From Candidatus Binatia bacterium (GTDB lineage Bacteria > Desulfobacterota > Binatia > HRBIN30 > CADEER01), in assembly GCA_050176585.1 (NCBI GenBank), contig JBFXHX010000021.1, positions 1,172 to 65,171 on the forward strand: a DNA stretch of 64,000 nucleotides. The letters are read 5' to 3'. Position numbers and translations under genes: made by a program. This document shows, piece by piece, positions 29,672 through 38,073 of this stretch. The notes below the pieces were generated by a model. It did not search any database, had not been told where the DNA came from, and saw nothing but the letters and a program-made list of their open reading frames with translations. Positions within the stretch are counted from its first letter, which is position 1. Each line of letters starts with the position of its first letter.

Positions 29672-31126
29672 TTAGGCGCCGAGGCGCCCGAGCCGGCGCA
29701 GTGCCCACAGCAAGCCGATACCCAGGCCGCCAATCAGCACGAGACCCGCCGGGCTGGCCGGCGACGGTACGACCGGTATGGGCGGACGAGTGCGCGTCGG
29801 GGTCGACGTAATCGTCGGCGTGTTGGTCGGCGTCCTTGTCGGCGTCAACGTCGGCGTATTCGTCGGCGTGTTGGTCGGCGTATTCGTCGGCGTATTTGTC
29901 GGCGTATTCGTCGGCGTGTTGGTCGGCGTATTCGTCGGCGTATTGGTCGGCGTGTTCGTCGGCGTGTTGGTCGGCGTATTCGTCGGCGTATTGGTCGGCG
30001 TGTTCGTCGGCGTGTTCGTCGGCGTATTCGTCGGCGTATTCGTCGGCGTATTGGTCGGCGTGTTCGTCGGCGTGTTCGTCGGCGTGTTCGTCGGCGTATT
30101 CGTCGGCGTATTCGTCGGCGTGTTGGTCGGGGTGTTGGTAGGCGTAGCCGTCGGCGTGTTCGTGGGCGTGTTGGTCGGGGTATTCGTGGGCGTCGCCGTC
30201 GGCGTGTTCGTCGGCGTATTCGTCGGCGTCGGAGTGTTGGTCGGCGTATTCGTCGGCGTGCTGGTCGGCTGCTCCGGCGGCCCTTGGCTATTGTTCGCGC
30301 CGTTGGCACTCACGACTTGGTTCGTACCCGAACACGGCGCCGAGACGTCAGTGGTAATGCCGAAGAAGTTCGCCGCGATCGCAAACGAGTTCATTTGCAG
30401 CGAGCTGTTGTACACGAACACGATCACTTGACCGTTGTCGAGCGAGAACCCGTCCGTAGGCTCCGCCGCGCACAGCGTCGTGTTCACGGTCACGTTGCTA
30501 GAATTGTCGCAGACGTTACTGGTGGCCGGCAGATTGAACGCGAAGGCGTTTCGCAGATTGGTCCCGTCGCAGGCGGCGTTGAGGTTCTCGGCAATGCAGG
30601 CCGGTCCGACGCTGTCGTTCGTGTCCAAGGGAACCAGAGGTTGGACATTGGACTGGCCCATACAGTCGAATGCATTACCGCAGATGTTCAGCGCACCCGC
30701 CCCCGACCCGAGCGTGACCCGGCCGCCGAAGGAGTTGGTGAAGGAGATGTTCATGCTGTTGGGCGTTAGCTGAACGGTGCGGCGGATTTGCCCGTAGGGA
30801 AAGAGGATCTGTGGTGGGACGTTGTTGGGCAGCACGCCGCCGATGGCTGACGTGAGCTCACCAGGGCTCATGCCTGTGCCGTTGCACGAGCCAGCGCCGA
30901 CGATGGAGCCGGCCACAGTGGTGATCCGCAGACGTTCTGCAGCGCCGAGGTTCTCCGCGCTCAGGACCTGATAAGCAGTGCCATCTGCCGCGCGGAACAG
31001 CGCCTCCACGCCTTGCGCATTGGCGTTACTCACCAGCCACACGCACGCGACCAAGGCCGCCGCCGCGTGTGCTGCCAGTGACCCGAGCGGGCGGCTGGGA
31101 AAGGACCTCTTTATTGTGGTGACCAT
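29672..31126 (-). CDS. Secreted Cys-rich surface protein, long TNTP stalk, IPVVPSP-type C-terminal anchor (copy A)
   Basis: GGAG RBS, signal peptide ending ANA, about 250 aa head with 8 Cys, about 40 PT(N/A)T units, tail [23 protein letters not shown]. Confidence 0.85.
   Translation of the reverse strand: MVTTIKRSFPSRPLGSLAAHAAAALVACVWLVSNANAQGVEALFRAADGTAYQVLSAENLGAAERLRITTVAGSIVGAGSCNGTGMSPGELTSAIGGVLPNNVPPQILFPYGQIRRTVQLTPNSMNISFTNSFGGRVTLGSGAGALNICGNAFDCMGQSNVQPLVPLDTNDSVGPACIAENLNAACDGTNLRNAFAFNLPATSNVCDNSSNVTVNTTLCAAEPTDGFSLDNGQVIVFVYNSSLQMNSFAIAANFFGITTDVSAPCSGTNQVVSANGANNSQGPPEQPTSTPTNTPTNTPTPTNTPTNTPTATPTNTPTNTPTNTPTATPTNTPTNTPTNTPTNTPTNTPTNTPTNTPTNTPTNTPTNTPTNTPTNTPTNTPTNTPTNTPTNTPTNTPTNTPTNTPTNTPTNTPTNTPTNTPTNTPTLTPTRTPTNTPTITSTPTRTRPPIPVVPSPASPAGLVLIGGLGIGLLWALRRLGRLGA
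29800..30265. repeat. 12-bp coding minisatellite (PTNT)n, about 38-40 units
   Basis: tcggcgt(a/g)tt(c/g)g repeated continuously. Confidence 0.95.
30250..31021. repeat. About 770-bp direct repeat, copy 1 (second copy at +1362)
   Basis: Line-by-line comparison with 31612-32383 shows about 6 substitutions. Confidence 0.93.
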
Positions 31127-31167
31127 CTGGTTTCTCCACCTCCGGTTACGCGGCTTCGACCCGCCTC

Positions 31168-31196
31168 GAAGTACACAGAGCCTCAACCCTGGTCAA
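31168..31196 (-). promoter_or_regulatory. Candidate sigma70 promoter for copy A
   Basis: TTGACC-N17-TACTTC on the minus strand. Confidence 0.35.
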
Positions 31197-31270
31197 GTCA
31201 AAATTCGCGAGGTCGGATGAGAGTGGATGACCCCTAAAGTCGTCATTCGCATCGACCTCTTAACCGGACG

Positions 31271-32482
31271 CTATTTGGTCAGTGCCATACGGCGGAGGGC
31301 CCACAGGAGTCCCACACCGAGGCCGATAATCATCACCACGCCCGCTGGGCTGGCCGGCGAGGGCACCACCGGGATCGGCGGACGCGTGTTGGTCGGCGGC
31401 GGGGTGTTCGTCGGCGTATTCGTCGAGGTTCTAGTCGGCGTCAGCGTCGGCGTGTTCGTCGGCGTATTCGTCGGCGTATTCGTCGGCGTCAGCGTCGCCG
31501 TGTTGGTCGGCGTATTCGTTGGGGTATTCGTGGGCGTATTCGTCGGCGTATTTGTCGGCGTGTTCGTCGGCGTCGCCGTCGGTGTATTCGTCGGGGTGTT
31601 GGTCGGCGTGTTCGTCGGCGTGCTGGTCGGCTGCTCCGGCGGCCCCTGGCTATTGTTCGCGCCGTTGGCACTCACGACTTGGTTCGTACCCGAACACGGC
31701 GCCGAGACGTCAGTGGTAATGCCGAAGAAGTTCGCCGCGATCGCAAACGAGTTCATTTGCAGCGAGCTGTTGTACACGAACACGATCACTTGACCGTTGT
31801 CGAGCGAGAACCCGTCCGTAGGCTCCGCCGCGCACAGCGTCGTGTTCACGGTCACGTTGCTAGAATTGTCGCAGACGTTACTGGTGGCCGGCAGATTGAA
31901 CGCGAAGGCGTTTCGCAGATTGGTCCCGTCGCAGGCGGCGTTGAGGTTCTCGGCAATGCAGGCCGGTCCGACGCTGTCGTTCGTGTCCAAGGGAACCAGA
32001 GGTTGGACATTGGACTGGCCCATACAGTCGAATGCATTACCGCAGATGTTCAGCGCACCCGCCCCCGACCCGAGCGTGACCCGGCCGCCGAAGGAGTTGG
32101 TGAAGGAGATGTTCATGCTGTTGGGCGTTAGCTGAACGGTGCGGCGGATTTGCGCGTAGGGAAAGAGGATCTGTGGCGGGACGTTGTTGGGCAGCACGCC
32201 GCCGATGGCTGACGTGGGCTCACCAGGGCTCATGCCTGTGCCGTTGCACGAGCCAGCGCCGACGATGGAGCCGGCCACAGTGGTGATCCGCAGACGTTCT
32301 GCAGTGCCGAGGTTCTCCGCGCTCAGGACCTGATAAGCAGTGCCATCTGCCGCGCGGAACAGCGCCTCGACGCCTTGCGCATTCGCGTCGCTCACCAGTG
32401 AGACAAGTACGACAACGGCGAAGCCGATTTGCATCGCGGCGACGGCCATGCCACGGTAAACGCAGTCAATTCTCCGGCCCAT
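31271..32482 (-). CDS. Secreted Cys-rich surface protein, short TNTP stalk, IPVVPSP-type C-terminal anchor (copy B)
   Basis: GGAGG 9 nt before ATG 32482; different signal peptide, same head as copy A, about 20 PTNT units, tail [23 protein letters not shown]. Confidence 0.85.
   Translation of the reverse strand: MGRRIDCVYRGMAVAAMQIGFAVVVLVSLVSDANAQGVEALFRAADGTAYQVLSAENLGTAERLRITTVAGSIVGAGSCNGTGMSPGEPTSAIGGVLPNNVPPQILFPYAQIRRTVQLTPNSMNISFTNSFGGRVTLGSGAGALNICGNAFDCMGQSNVQPLVPLDTNDSVGPACIAENLNAACDGTNLRNAFAFNLPATSNVCDNSSNVTVNTTLCAAEPTDGFSLDNGQVIVFVYNSSLQMNSFAIAANFFGITTDVSAPCSGTNQVVSANGANNSQGPPEQPTSTPTNTPTNTPTNTPTATPTNTPTNTPTNTPTNTPTNTPTNTATLTPTNTPTNTPTNTPTLTPTRTSTNTPTNTPPPTNTRPPIPVVPSPASPAGVVMIIGLGVGLLWALRRMALTK
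31385..31627. repeat. 12-bp coding minisatellite (PTNT)n, about 20 units
   Basis: Same unit as 29800-30265. Confidence 0.93.
31612..32383. repeat. About 770-bp direct repeat, copy 2
   Basis: Near-identical to 30250-31021. Confidence 0.93.
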
Positions 32483-32552
32483 AGCGCTCATCCTCCAATC
32501 TCCACGCGGCGCAGCATCGGGAGAGAGTTCTCCCGAGTCGACCGGCAAGCGG

Positions 32553-32580
32553 ATTACCACCGGCCCCCGCTAGCTGTCAA
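32553..32580 (-). promoter_or_regulatory. Candidate sigma70 promoter for copy B
   Basis: TTGACA-N16-GGTAAT on the minus strand. Confidence 0.35.
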
Positions 32581-33141
32581 GTACAAACGATTGGCGGCCG
32601 CAGAATATTGCGCTGCCGCCCGCCGCCCCCCACACCGGCAAGAATTAGTCGGGAATGGCCATCTCGCCTGCTGCGGGAAACTCGGATCAGTCCTCGCAAC
32701 ATATTTACTCCCCACAGCATCCACCGGGTGGTGCCTACGCCTCCTGACCACCCGCACGCGACCTCGAACGGAAAGCAGCTGGGCAACACGTATAAGGGTT
32801 GGCCGAGTCCGTAATCCGGCCGACGACCAACGGCGAACGAGCTTTAGCTCACACTCAAAGAACAGCGAATGCCGGCGAGCTCCCGACCAGCACCACCGCG
32901 TCCCCAGCAGTGCTCGCCGTCCCAGAACTACGCGGCAACAGCGGCACAATTTTGGCCACTGAACGCGTTACTGGCGGGGAACTGTCGTTCGCCGAGCGCC
33001 GGCTCTTGCCTCGCGACTGCCCATTATCTAGAAGGCCACGCGGCTCCGACGCTCGGCACCGCTGGCACACCACGTGCTCCGACCGCTTGGGCGGTGGGTA
33101 GTACACGAAAGGGACGGGAAACCGGTTGGAAAGTGGTGGCA

Positions 33142-36100
33142 ATGCGGATTAGAACACAAACTTGGCTCGCGGGCGTCCTTGTCGTCGCCGCCTCTCTCGG
33201 CGGTGGCGTCGTCCGCGCCCACGCCCTCTCGGGCATCATCGATACCTACGTCGGCGGCGGCAACGGCGACGGCTCGGCTGCGCAAGGCGCGATCATCGAC
33301 CCGCGCGGCTTCATCGCCGTGGGCTCGGAGTCGGCGCCCGACTTCTACATCGCCGACAGCCTCAACAATCGCGTGCGGCGAGTGGACGGGAATACCGGCC
33401 TCATCGAAACCATCGCCGGCAACGGCGAGCGCGGTTTCAGCGGTGATGGCGGCAGCGCCGTCAATGCAAAGCTCGCGTCCCCGCTCGATGTGGCCCGCGA
33501 CAGCGCCGGCAACGTCTATATTGCGGATACACAGAACAACCGCATCCGGAAGGTGACACCGAGCGGGCAAATCTCGACGTTCGCGGGCACAGGCGTCCTC
33601 GCTTACAGCGGCGACGGCGGTTTGGCCACGCAGGCAGCCCTGTACAACCCGCAAGGCGTCGCCGTCGGGCCGGACGGTTACGTCTATATCGCCGATAACG
33701 GCAATAACCGCATCCGCAGCGTCGGACCGCCGGGGTGTGGTCCCTCGACCTGCGTGATCACCACGGTGGTCGGCACAGGCACTGGCGGCTTCAGCGGCGA
33801 CGGCGGACCGGCCAATCTCGCGATGATCCGCAATCCCGCCGACGTCGCCTTCGACGGCGCCGGCACCATGCTAATCGCCGACTTCTCCAATCACCGCATC
33901 CGCAAGGTCGTCAATGGAGTGATCCTGACGATCGCCGGCGGCGGCACCGGGTTGAACGGCGCGATTGGGGACGGCGGCCCGGCGCTGACGGCCGTGCTGC
34001 GTTACCCGACCCAGGTCGCTGCCGATAATGCCGGGAATGTCTATATCGCGGACAGTCAGAACCGGCGCATTCGCGTCGTGCAGGCCGCCACCCAATTCAT
34101 CGTTACGGCGGCCGGCACAGGTACCTCTGGCACCACTGGCGACGGCGGGCCGGCCGAGAACGCCAGCATCCAAAATCCGTTCGGCGTCGCCGCGATCGGC
34201 AAGACGATGTGGCTCAGCCAAACGGTGGCGCAGCAGAGCTCCCGGCAAAACCGCGTGCGCCGCGTGCTCGACGGGGTAATCACGTCCGTGGTCGGCGGCG
34301 ACCTCGGCGATGGCGCGCCGGCGTATGATGCTTTGGTCGACCCGCGCGGCGCGGATGCCAAAGCCGGCGACGGGGCGGTTCCCGACCTGTATTTCGCCGA
34401 CAGCTCCGACAACCTGGTCCGTTTCGTCGACGGCGCCACTGCCACGATGCAGATCATCGGTGGTACGGGCGCAGCCGGGTACTCCGGCGACGGTGGTCCG
34501 GCGACCGCGGCCCAGCTGCGGGCGCCGTCGGACGTCGCGGTCGACAATGACGGCAACGTGTACGTCGCCGACACCGCCAACCACGCCGTCCGGCGCATCG
34601 ATCCCGAGGGCAGGATCACCACGGTTGCCGGAAAAGGCACGCGCGGCGCCAGCGGCGACGGTGGGCCGGCGACCTCCGCGCTGCTCGCGTCACCGACCGG
34701 CGTGGCGATCGACGACTTTGGGCGGCTGTTCATCGCCGATATGGAAAATAACCGTATCCGGGTGGTGATTGGCGGCGTCATCGAGACCTTCGCCGGCACC
34801 GGAGAATCCAACTACGGTGGCGACGGCGGTGCGGCGGCGGCGGCCAAGCTGCGGTTCCCGAACGACGTGGCGGTCGCCAAAGACGGCACTGTGTATATCT
34901 CGGATACCTTGAGCAACCGCATTCGCCGCGTCGATGCCCGGGGAATCATCACCACGTACGCCGGCGTGGGCACCGCGGGATACAACGGCGACGACATCGC
35001 CGCGACCAGCGCGCGCCTGAACTCGCCTTTGCAAATCGCCGTGGACGACACCGGCAACCTGTTCATCGCCGACTCGCGCAACCTCCGCATCCGCATGGTC
35101 GACCCGGCATCGGGCGTAATCTCGACGGTCGCCGGCAACGGCCAGAGCGGCGATACCGGCGACGGTGGGTCGGCAACCGCCGCATCGTTCAGCGATCCTT
35201 CCGGTATCGCGGTCGATCCGTTGACCCGCGCGCTGTTCATCAACTCCAAGCCGGATACGCGCGTGCGCATCGTCGAGTTTTCGGGCGCCTCTCCGCCACA
35301 ACCGACGGCTACGCCGACTGCCACGTTCGCCCCGCCCACGGCTACACCGACCTTCACATCGATCCCACCCACGGCGACCCGGACGCCTACCAACACCGCG
35401 CCCGCGCCGACCAACACCGCGCCCGCGCCGACCAACACCCCGCCGCGCACGAACACCCCGGGTTCCTCCACGGCCTCGGTCGCCGGCGTGGTGAAGTACT
35501 ACGCCAACTCGCAGATGGTCAGCTCGGTGGACGTCGCCGTCACCGGCTCCGCTAATATGACCGTGCGGACTAATGGGCAGGGAAGCTATGCCGCCACCGG
35601 GCCCGATGGCACCTGGGCACTCGAGCCCCGGAAGACAGGCGCTTTCGGCAACGCGGTGAGCTCGCTCGATGCCGCTCGCGTCCTCCAAGCCATAGTGGGC
35701 AAGACCCAGCTGTCCCCCATGCAGCGCCTGGCCTGCGACGTCACTGGCGATGGCACGCTCAGCTCCTTCGACGCCGTGCACATCCTGCAGCTCAGCGCGG
35801 GCGTGATCAAGCGGTTCCCGGCAGCCACCAACTGCGGTTCGGATTGGCTGTTCTACCCCTCCCCGGTGACCATTGCCGGACAGCAGATCGTCGAGCCGAG
35901 CTTGACCGGCGGTACATGCCGGCAGGGCGAGATCGTCCTGAGCGCGCTGAACGACTTCGTACAGCGACAAGACTTTGACGCCATCCTGTTCGGCGATTGC
36001 ACCGGCAACTGGACGCCGACCAGTGGCGCGCTGCGCCAGACCGCCGGCAACCCCAACGTCAAGGCCGGGCCGCCCCGGTACGCCCGCGGCAACCGCGTGC

Positions 36101-36390
36101 TGATCCCGATCTTCGTAACGGGAACCCAGGAGTTCGACGCTCTCGACCTCGCCATCAGCTTCAATACCGCCGAAGGCGAGTTCATCGATGCGCGGCTCCG
36201 CAACGATCCCGGCGATGCCCTGCTAAACGTCACCCGCGAACAGGGGCAGATCACCATTAGCATCGCCAGCGGCTCACCGATCCCGGTCAGCGGGGGCCCC
36301 GTGCTGCTTCTCGCGTTTACCGCCGACGGCGACGCCGACCTCGGATTCAACCTCGACGGCGCATCCGTCGACGAGCAACTCGCGCGCTGA
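33142..36390 (+). CDS. Secreted multidomain protein: NHL-repeat propellers, PT linker, beta-sandwich, dockerin-like, C-terminal cohesin-like
   Basis: Signal peptide ending AHA; repeated GDGGPA...P.DVA.D..GN.YIAD..N.RIR blades; SSLDAARVLQ...ACDVTGDGTLSSFDAVHILQ dockerin pattern; C-terminal VLIPIFV...LDLAISFN...ITISIA...GPVLLLAF; no TM anchor. Confidence 0.85.
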   Translation: MRIRTQTWLAGVLVVAASLGGGVVRAHALSGIIDTYVGGGNGDGSAAQGAIIDPRGFIAVGSESAPDFYIADSLNNRVRRVDGNTGLIETIAGNGERGFSGDGGSAVNAKLASPLDVARDSAGNVYIADTQNNRIRKVTPSGQISTFAGTGVLAYSGDGGLATQAALYNPQGVAVGPDGYVYIADNGNNRIRSVGPPGCGPSTCVITTVVGTGTGGFSGDGGPANLAMIRNPADVAFDGAGTMLIADFSNHRIRKVVNGVILTIAGGGTGLNGAIGDGGPALTAVLRYPTQVAADNAGNVYIADSQNRRIRVVQAATQFIVTAAGTGTSGTTGDGGPAENASIQNPFGVAAIGKTMWLSQTVAQQSSRQNRVRRVLDGVITSVVGGDLGDGAPAYDALVDPRGADAKAGDGAVPDLYFADSSDNLVRFVDGATATMQIIGGTGAAGYSGDGGPATAAQLRAPSDVAVDNDGNVYVADTANHAVRRIDPEGRITTVAGKGTRGASGDGGPATSALLASPTGVAIDDFGRLFIADMENNRIRVVIGGVIETFAGTGESNYGGDGGAAAAAKLRFPNDVAVAKDGTVYISDTLSNRIRRVDARGIITTYAGVGTAGYNGDDIAATSARLNSPLQIAVDDTGNLFIADSRNLRIRMVDPASGVISTVAGNGQSGDTGDGGSATAASFSDPSGIAVDPLTRALFINSKPDTRVRIVEFSGASPPQPTATPTATFAPPTATPTFTSIPPTATRTPTNTAPAPTNTAPAPTNTPPRTNTPGSSTASVAGVVKYYANSQMVSSVDVAVTGSANMTVRTNGQGSYAATGPDGTWALEPRKTGAFGNAVSSLDAARVLQAIVGKTQLSPMQRLACDVTGDGTLSSFDAVHILQLSAGVIKRFPAATNCGSDWLFYPSPVTIAGQQIVEPSLTGGTCRQGEIVLSALNDFVQRQDFDAILFGDCTGNWTPTSGALRQTAGNPNVKAGPPRYARGNRVLIPIFVTGTQEFDALDLAISFNTAEGEFIDARLRNDPGDALLNVTREQGQITISIASGSPIPVSGGPVLLLAFTADGDADLGFNLDGASVDEQLAR

Positions 36391-36750
36391 GCGCGCACGC
36401 GACGGGACGGCGCGCCGATCTGGGCGCGCCGTCCGGTCGGCCGATCCGCCTGCTTCGAAGCGTGTTACCAGAGCGCACGTGCGACTTGCACGGGCGCTAT
36501 CGCGCTTCCTGGGCAACGTACCGGGTTGAGGGCGCATCGCGGCAGGCGCTTCACGAACTACTGGCGGCGCCGGCCCGATCAGCGGAGGGCGCGGCACCTC
36601 TACGCGAAACCGGCGACACGGACGTCGACTTGGCTTCAGTCGGGGCGGCGCCGTGTACGAACGGGTTACGCCTCAATCGCAGACGACCTCCTCCGTAAGG
36701 CGCATTGATTGCCGCGGCTGCAGAAGCAGTCCGCACGGCGCTTTCTCACT

Positions 36751-36818
36751 TTGACATTGACTCAGTGCCAAATAACACCATTATCCACTTGACTTCGACA
36801 CGGTGGTCGCCCTAAAAC
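36751..36818 (+). promoter_or_regulatory. Stacked sigma70-like promoters
   Basis: TTGACA (36751), TTGACT (36757)-N16-CATTAT, TTGACT (36789)-N18-TAAAAC in an AT-rich island. Confidence 0.5.
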
Positions 36819-36883
36819 GTGCGCGAGATTTGAGGCATGACACGCGTCGTGTCCGGCGCGTATGGCTGTTCGGAGGGTTGGGA

Positions 36884-37993
36884 ATGGGTCTCATGATGGC
36901 GCGTATGGGGAGGAGCGTTGTTCAGTCTGTCCTCATGCTCGCCGTCCTGCTGAGCGCGGGCGAAGGGTGGGCCGTTCAAGTGGCATTGCCCGACGCAACG
37001 GTGGCCATGGGAATGTCCACGGATGTTCCTGTGACGATTGCGGACAGCAACGGCGTCCTGAGCGTGGCTTTGTCTTTCACGTACACCGCCGCGATAGCGA
37101 CCGCCACGCAGGTGTCGGGTACACCCGCGACGAGCGGGTGCACGATTCAGCCGAGCCTCACACCGAGTATGGTCACCATTGTGGCCGCTTGTCCGAACGG
37201 GATCGGAGTTTGCAGCAACAACCCAAACCAAGGCTGCAATCCGAGCGCGCCGAACTGTGGCTCGGGTAACACGTGCACCACCGGCAACCTGCAGCTATTC
37301 AACGTCACGTTTTCGGGCGATTCGCCGGGGATGACGCCTCTGATGTTCGCCGCCACTCAGACGATTCCCAACGGCTGCCAGCTGAACGAGGGCACGCCGT
37401 CATGTGAACCCGACAACGGTTCACTTACGGTAACTGGCGAGGGGCCAACTGCCACCGCGACATCGACCTCCGTGGCGACCAGCACAGCCACGAGCACGGC
37501 GATCGCCACCAGCACCGCGACTAGCACAGCCGTGGCCACGGCTACCAACACCTCGACGGCGATCAGCACCCCGTCGAGCACGGCCACGCCGGTGGTGACG
37601 AGTACGGCGACGCTGACCAACACTATCGGCCCGTCACCCACCCTCACCAACACCGCACCCCCCACCAGCACGAGTACGCCTATCAATACCGCAACCACGA
37701 CGCAGACGAGCACGGTGACAGGCACGGTCACCAATACGCCGCTGGCCACGAACACCGTGACAAATACGGCCGTAAACACCCCGACCGGCACGCCACAAAA
37801 CACTGGAACGGCGACGATCACCCGGACACCGACCGCGACCCGCACGGTAACCAATACCCGTGAGGCGACCTCCACGCGTCCGGCTATTCCGGTCGTGCCC
37901 TCGCCGATGAGCCCCGGTGGCGCGGCAATGATCATCGCACTCGGCGGCGGATTGTTCTGGGCGCTGCGCCGCATGGCGCGAATCGGCGCGTAA
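36884..37993 (+). CDS. Cohesin-like domain on a Thr-rich stalk with IPVVPSP-type C-terminal anchor (scaffoldin-like)
   Basis: GGAGGG RBS, signal peptide ending GWA, VPVTIADSNGVLSVALSFTY...LFNVTF...TPL cohesin pattern, about 145 aa Thr stalk, tail RPAIPVVPSPMSPGG-TM-FWALRR. Confidence 0.8.
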   Translation: MGLMMARMGRSVVQSVLMLAVLLSAGEGWAVQVALPDATVAMGMSTDVPVTIADSNGVLSVALSFTYTAAIATATQVSGTPATSGCTIQPSLTPSMVTIVAACPNGIGVCSNNPNQGCNPSAPNCGSGNTCTTGNLQLFNVTFSGDSPGMTPLMFAATQTIPNGCQLNEGTPSCEPDNGSLTVTGEGPTATATSTSVATSTATSTAIATSTATSTAVATATNTSTAISTPSSTATPVVTSTATLTNTIGPSPTLTNTAPPTSTSTPINTATTTQTSTVTGTVTNTPLATNTVTNTAVNTPTGTPQNTGTATITRTPTATRTVTNTREATSTRPAIPVVPSPMSPGGAAMIIALGGGLFWALRRMARIGA

Positions 37994-38026
37994 CTACAGA
38001 CCGAACGCGGAAAACCTCTAGCCGTG

Positions 38027-38058
38027 CATGCCCCGATGAGCTACACCGTCGGGGCATG
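38027..38058 (+). terminator. 12-bp stem-loop between the anchored and free cohesin genes
   Basis: catgccccgatg-N8-cgtcggggcatg; no U-tract, so possibly a stabilising or processing hairpin. Confidence 0.45.
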
Positions 38059-38073
38059 GAAATACGCTATGCC

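Noticed and set aside
29800-31627. Regular short repeats that could be taken for a CRISPR array
   Set aside because: 12-bp units without unique spacers, in frame as PTNT stalks; no cas genes
26868-31793. Plus-strand ORFs rich in VGVAV/VGVFV or poly-Arg
   Set aside because: Antisense or alternate-frame shadows of the Thr/Pro stalks; the minus-strand genes have signal peptides and anchors
30250-32383. Direct repeat as an IS or a DGR template/variable pair
   Set aside because: No transposase, terminal inverted repeats or reverse transcriptase; differences are few and not adenine-specific
32560-33140. Short ORFs in the lower-GC divergent intergenic region
   Set aside because: No RBS, motifs or coding-like composition; treated as regulatory DNA
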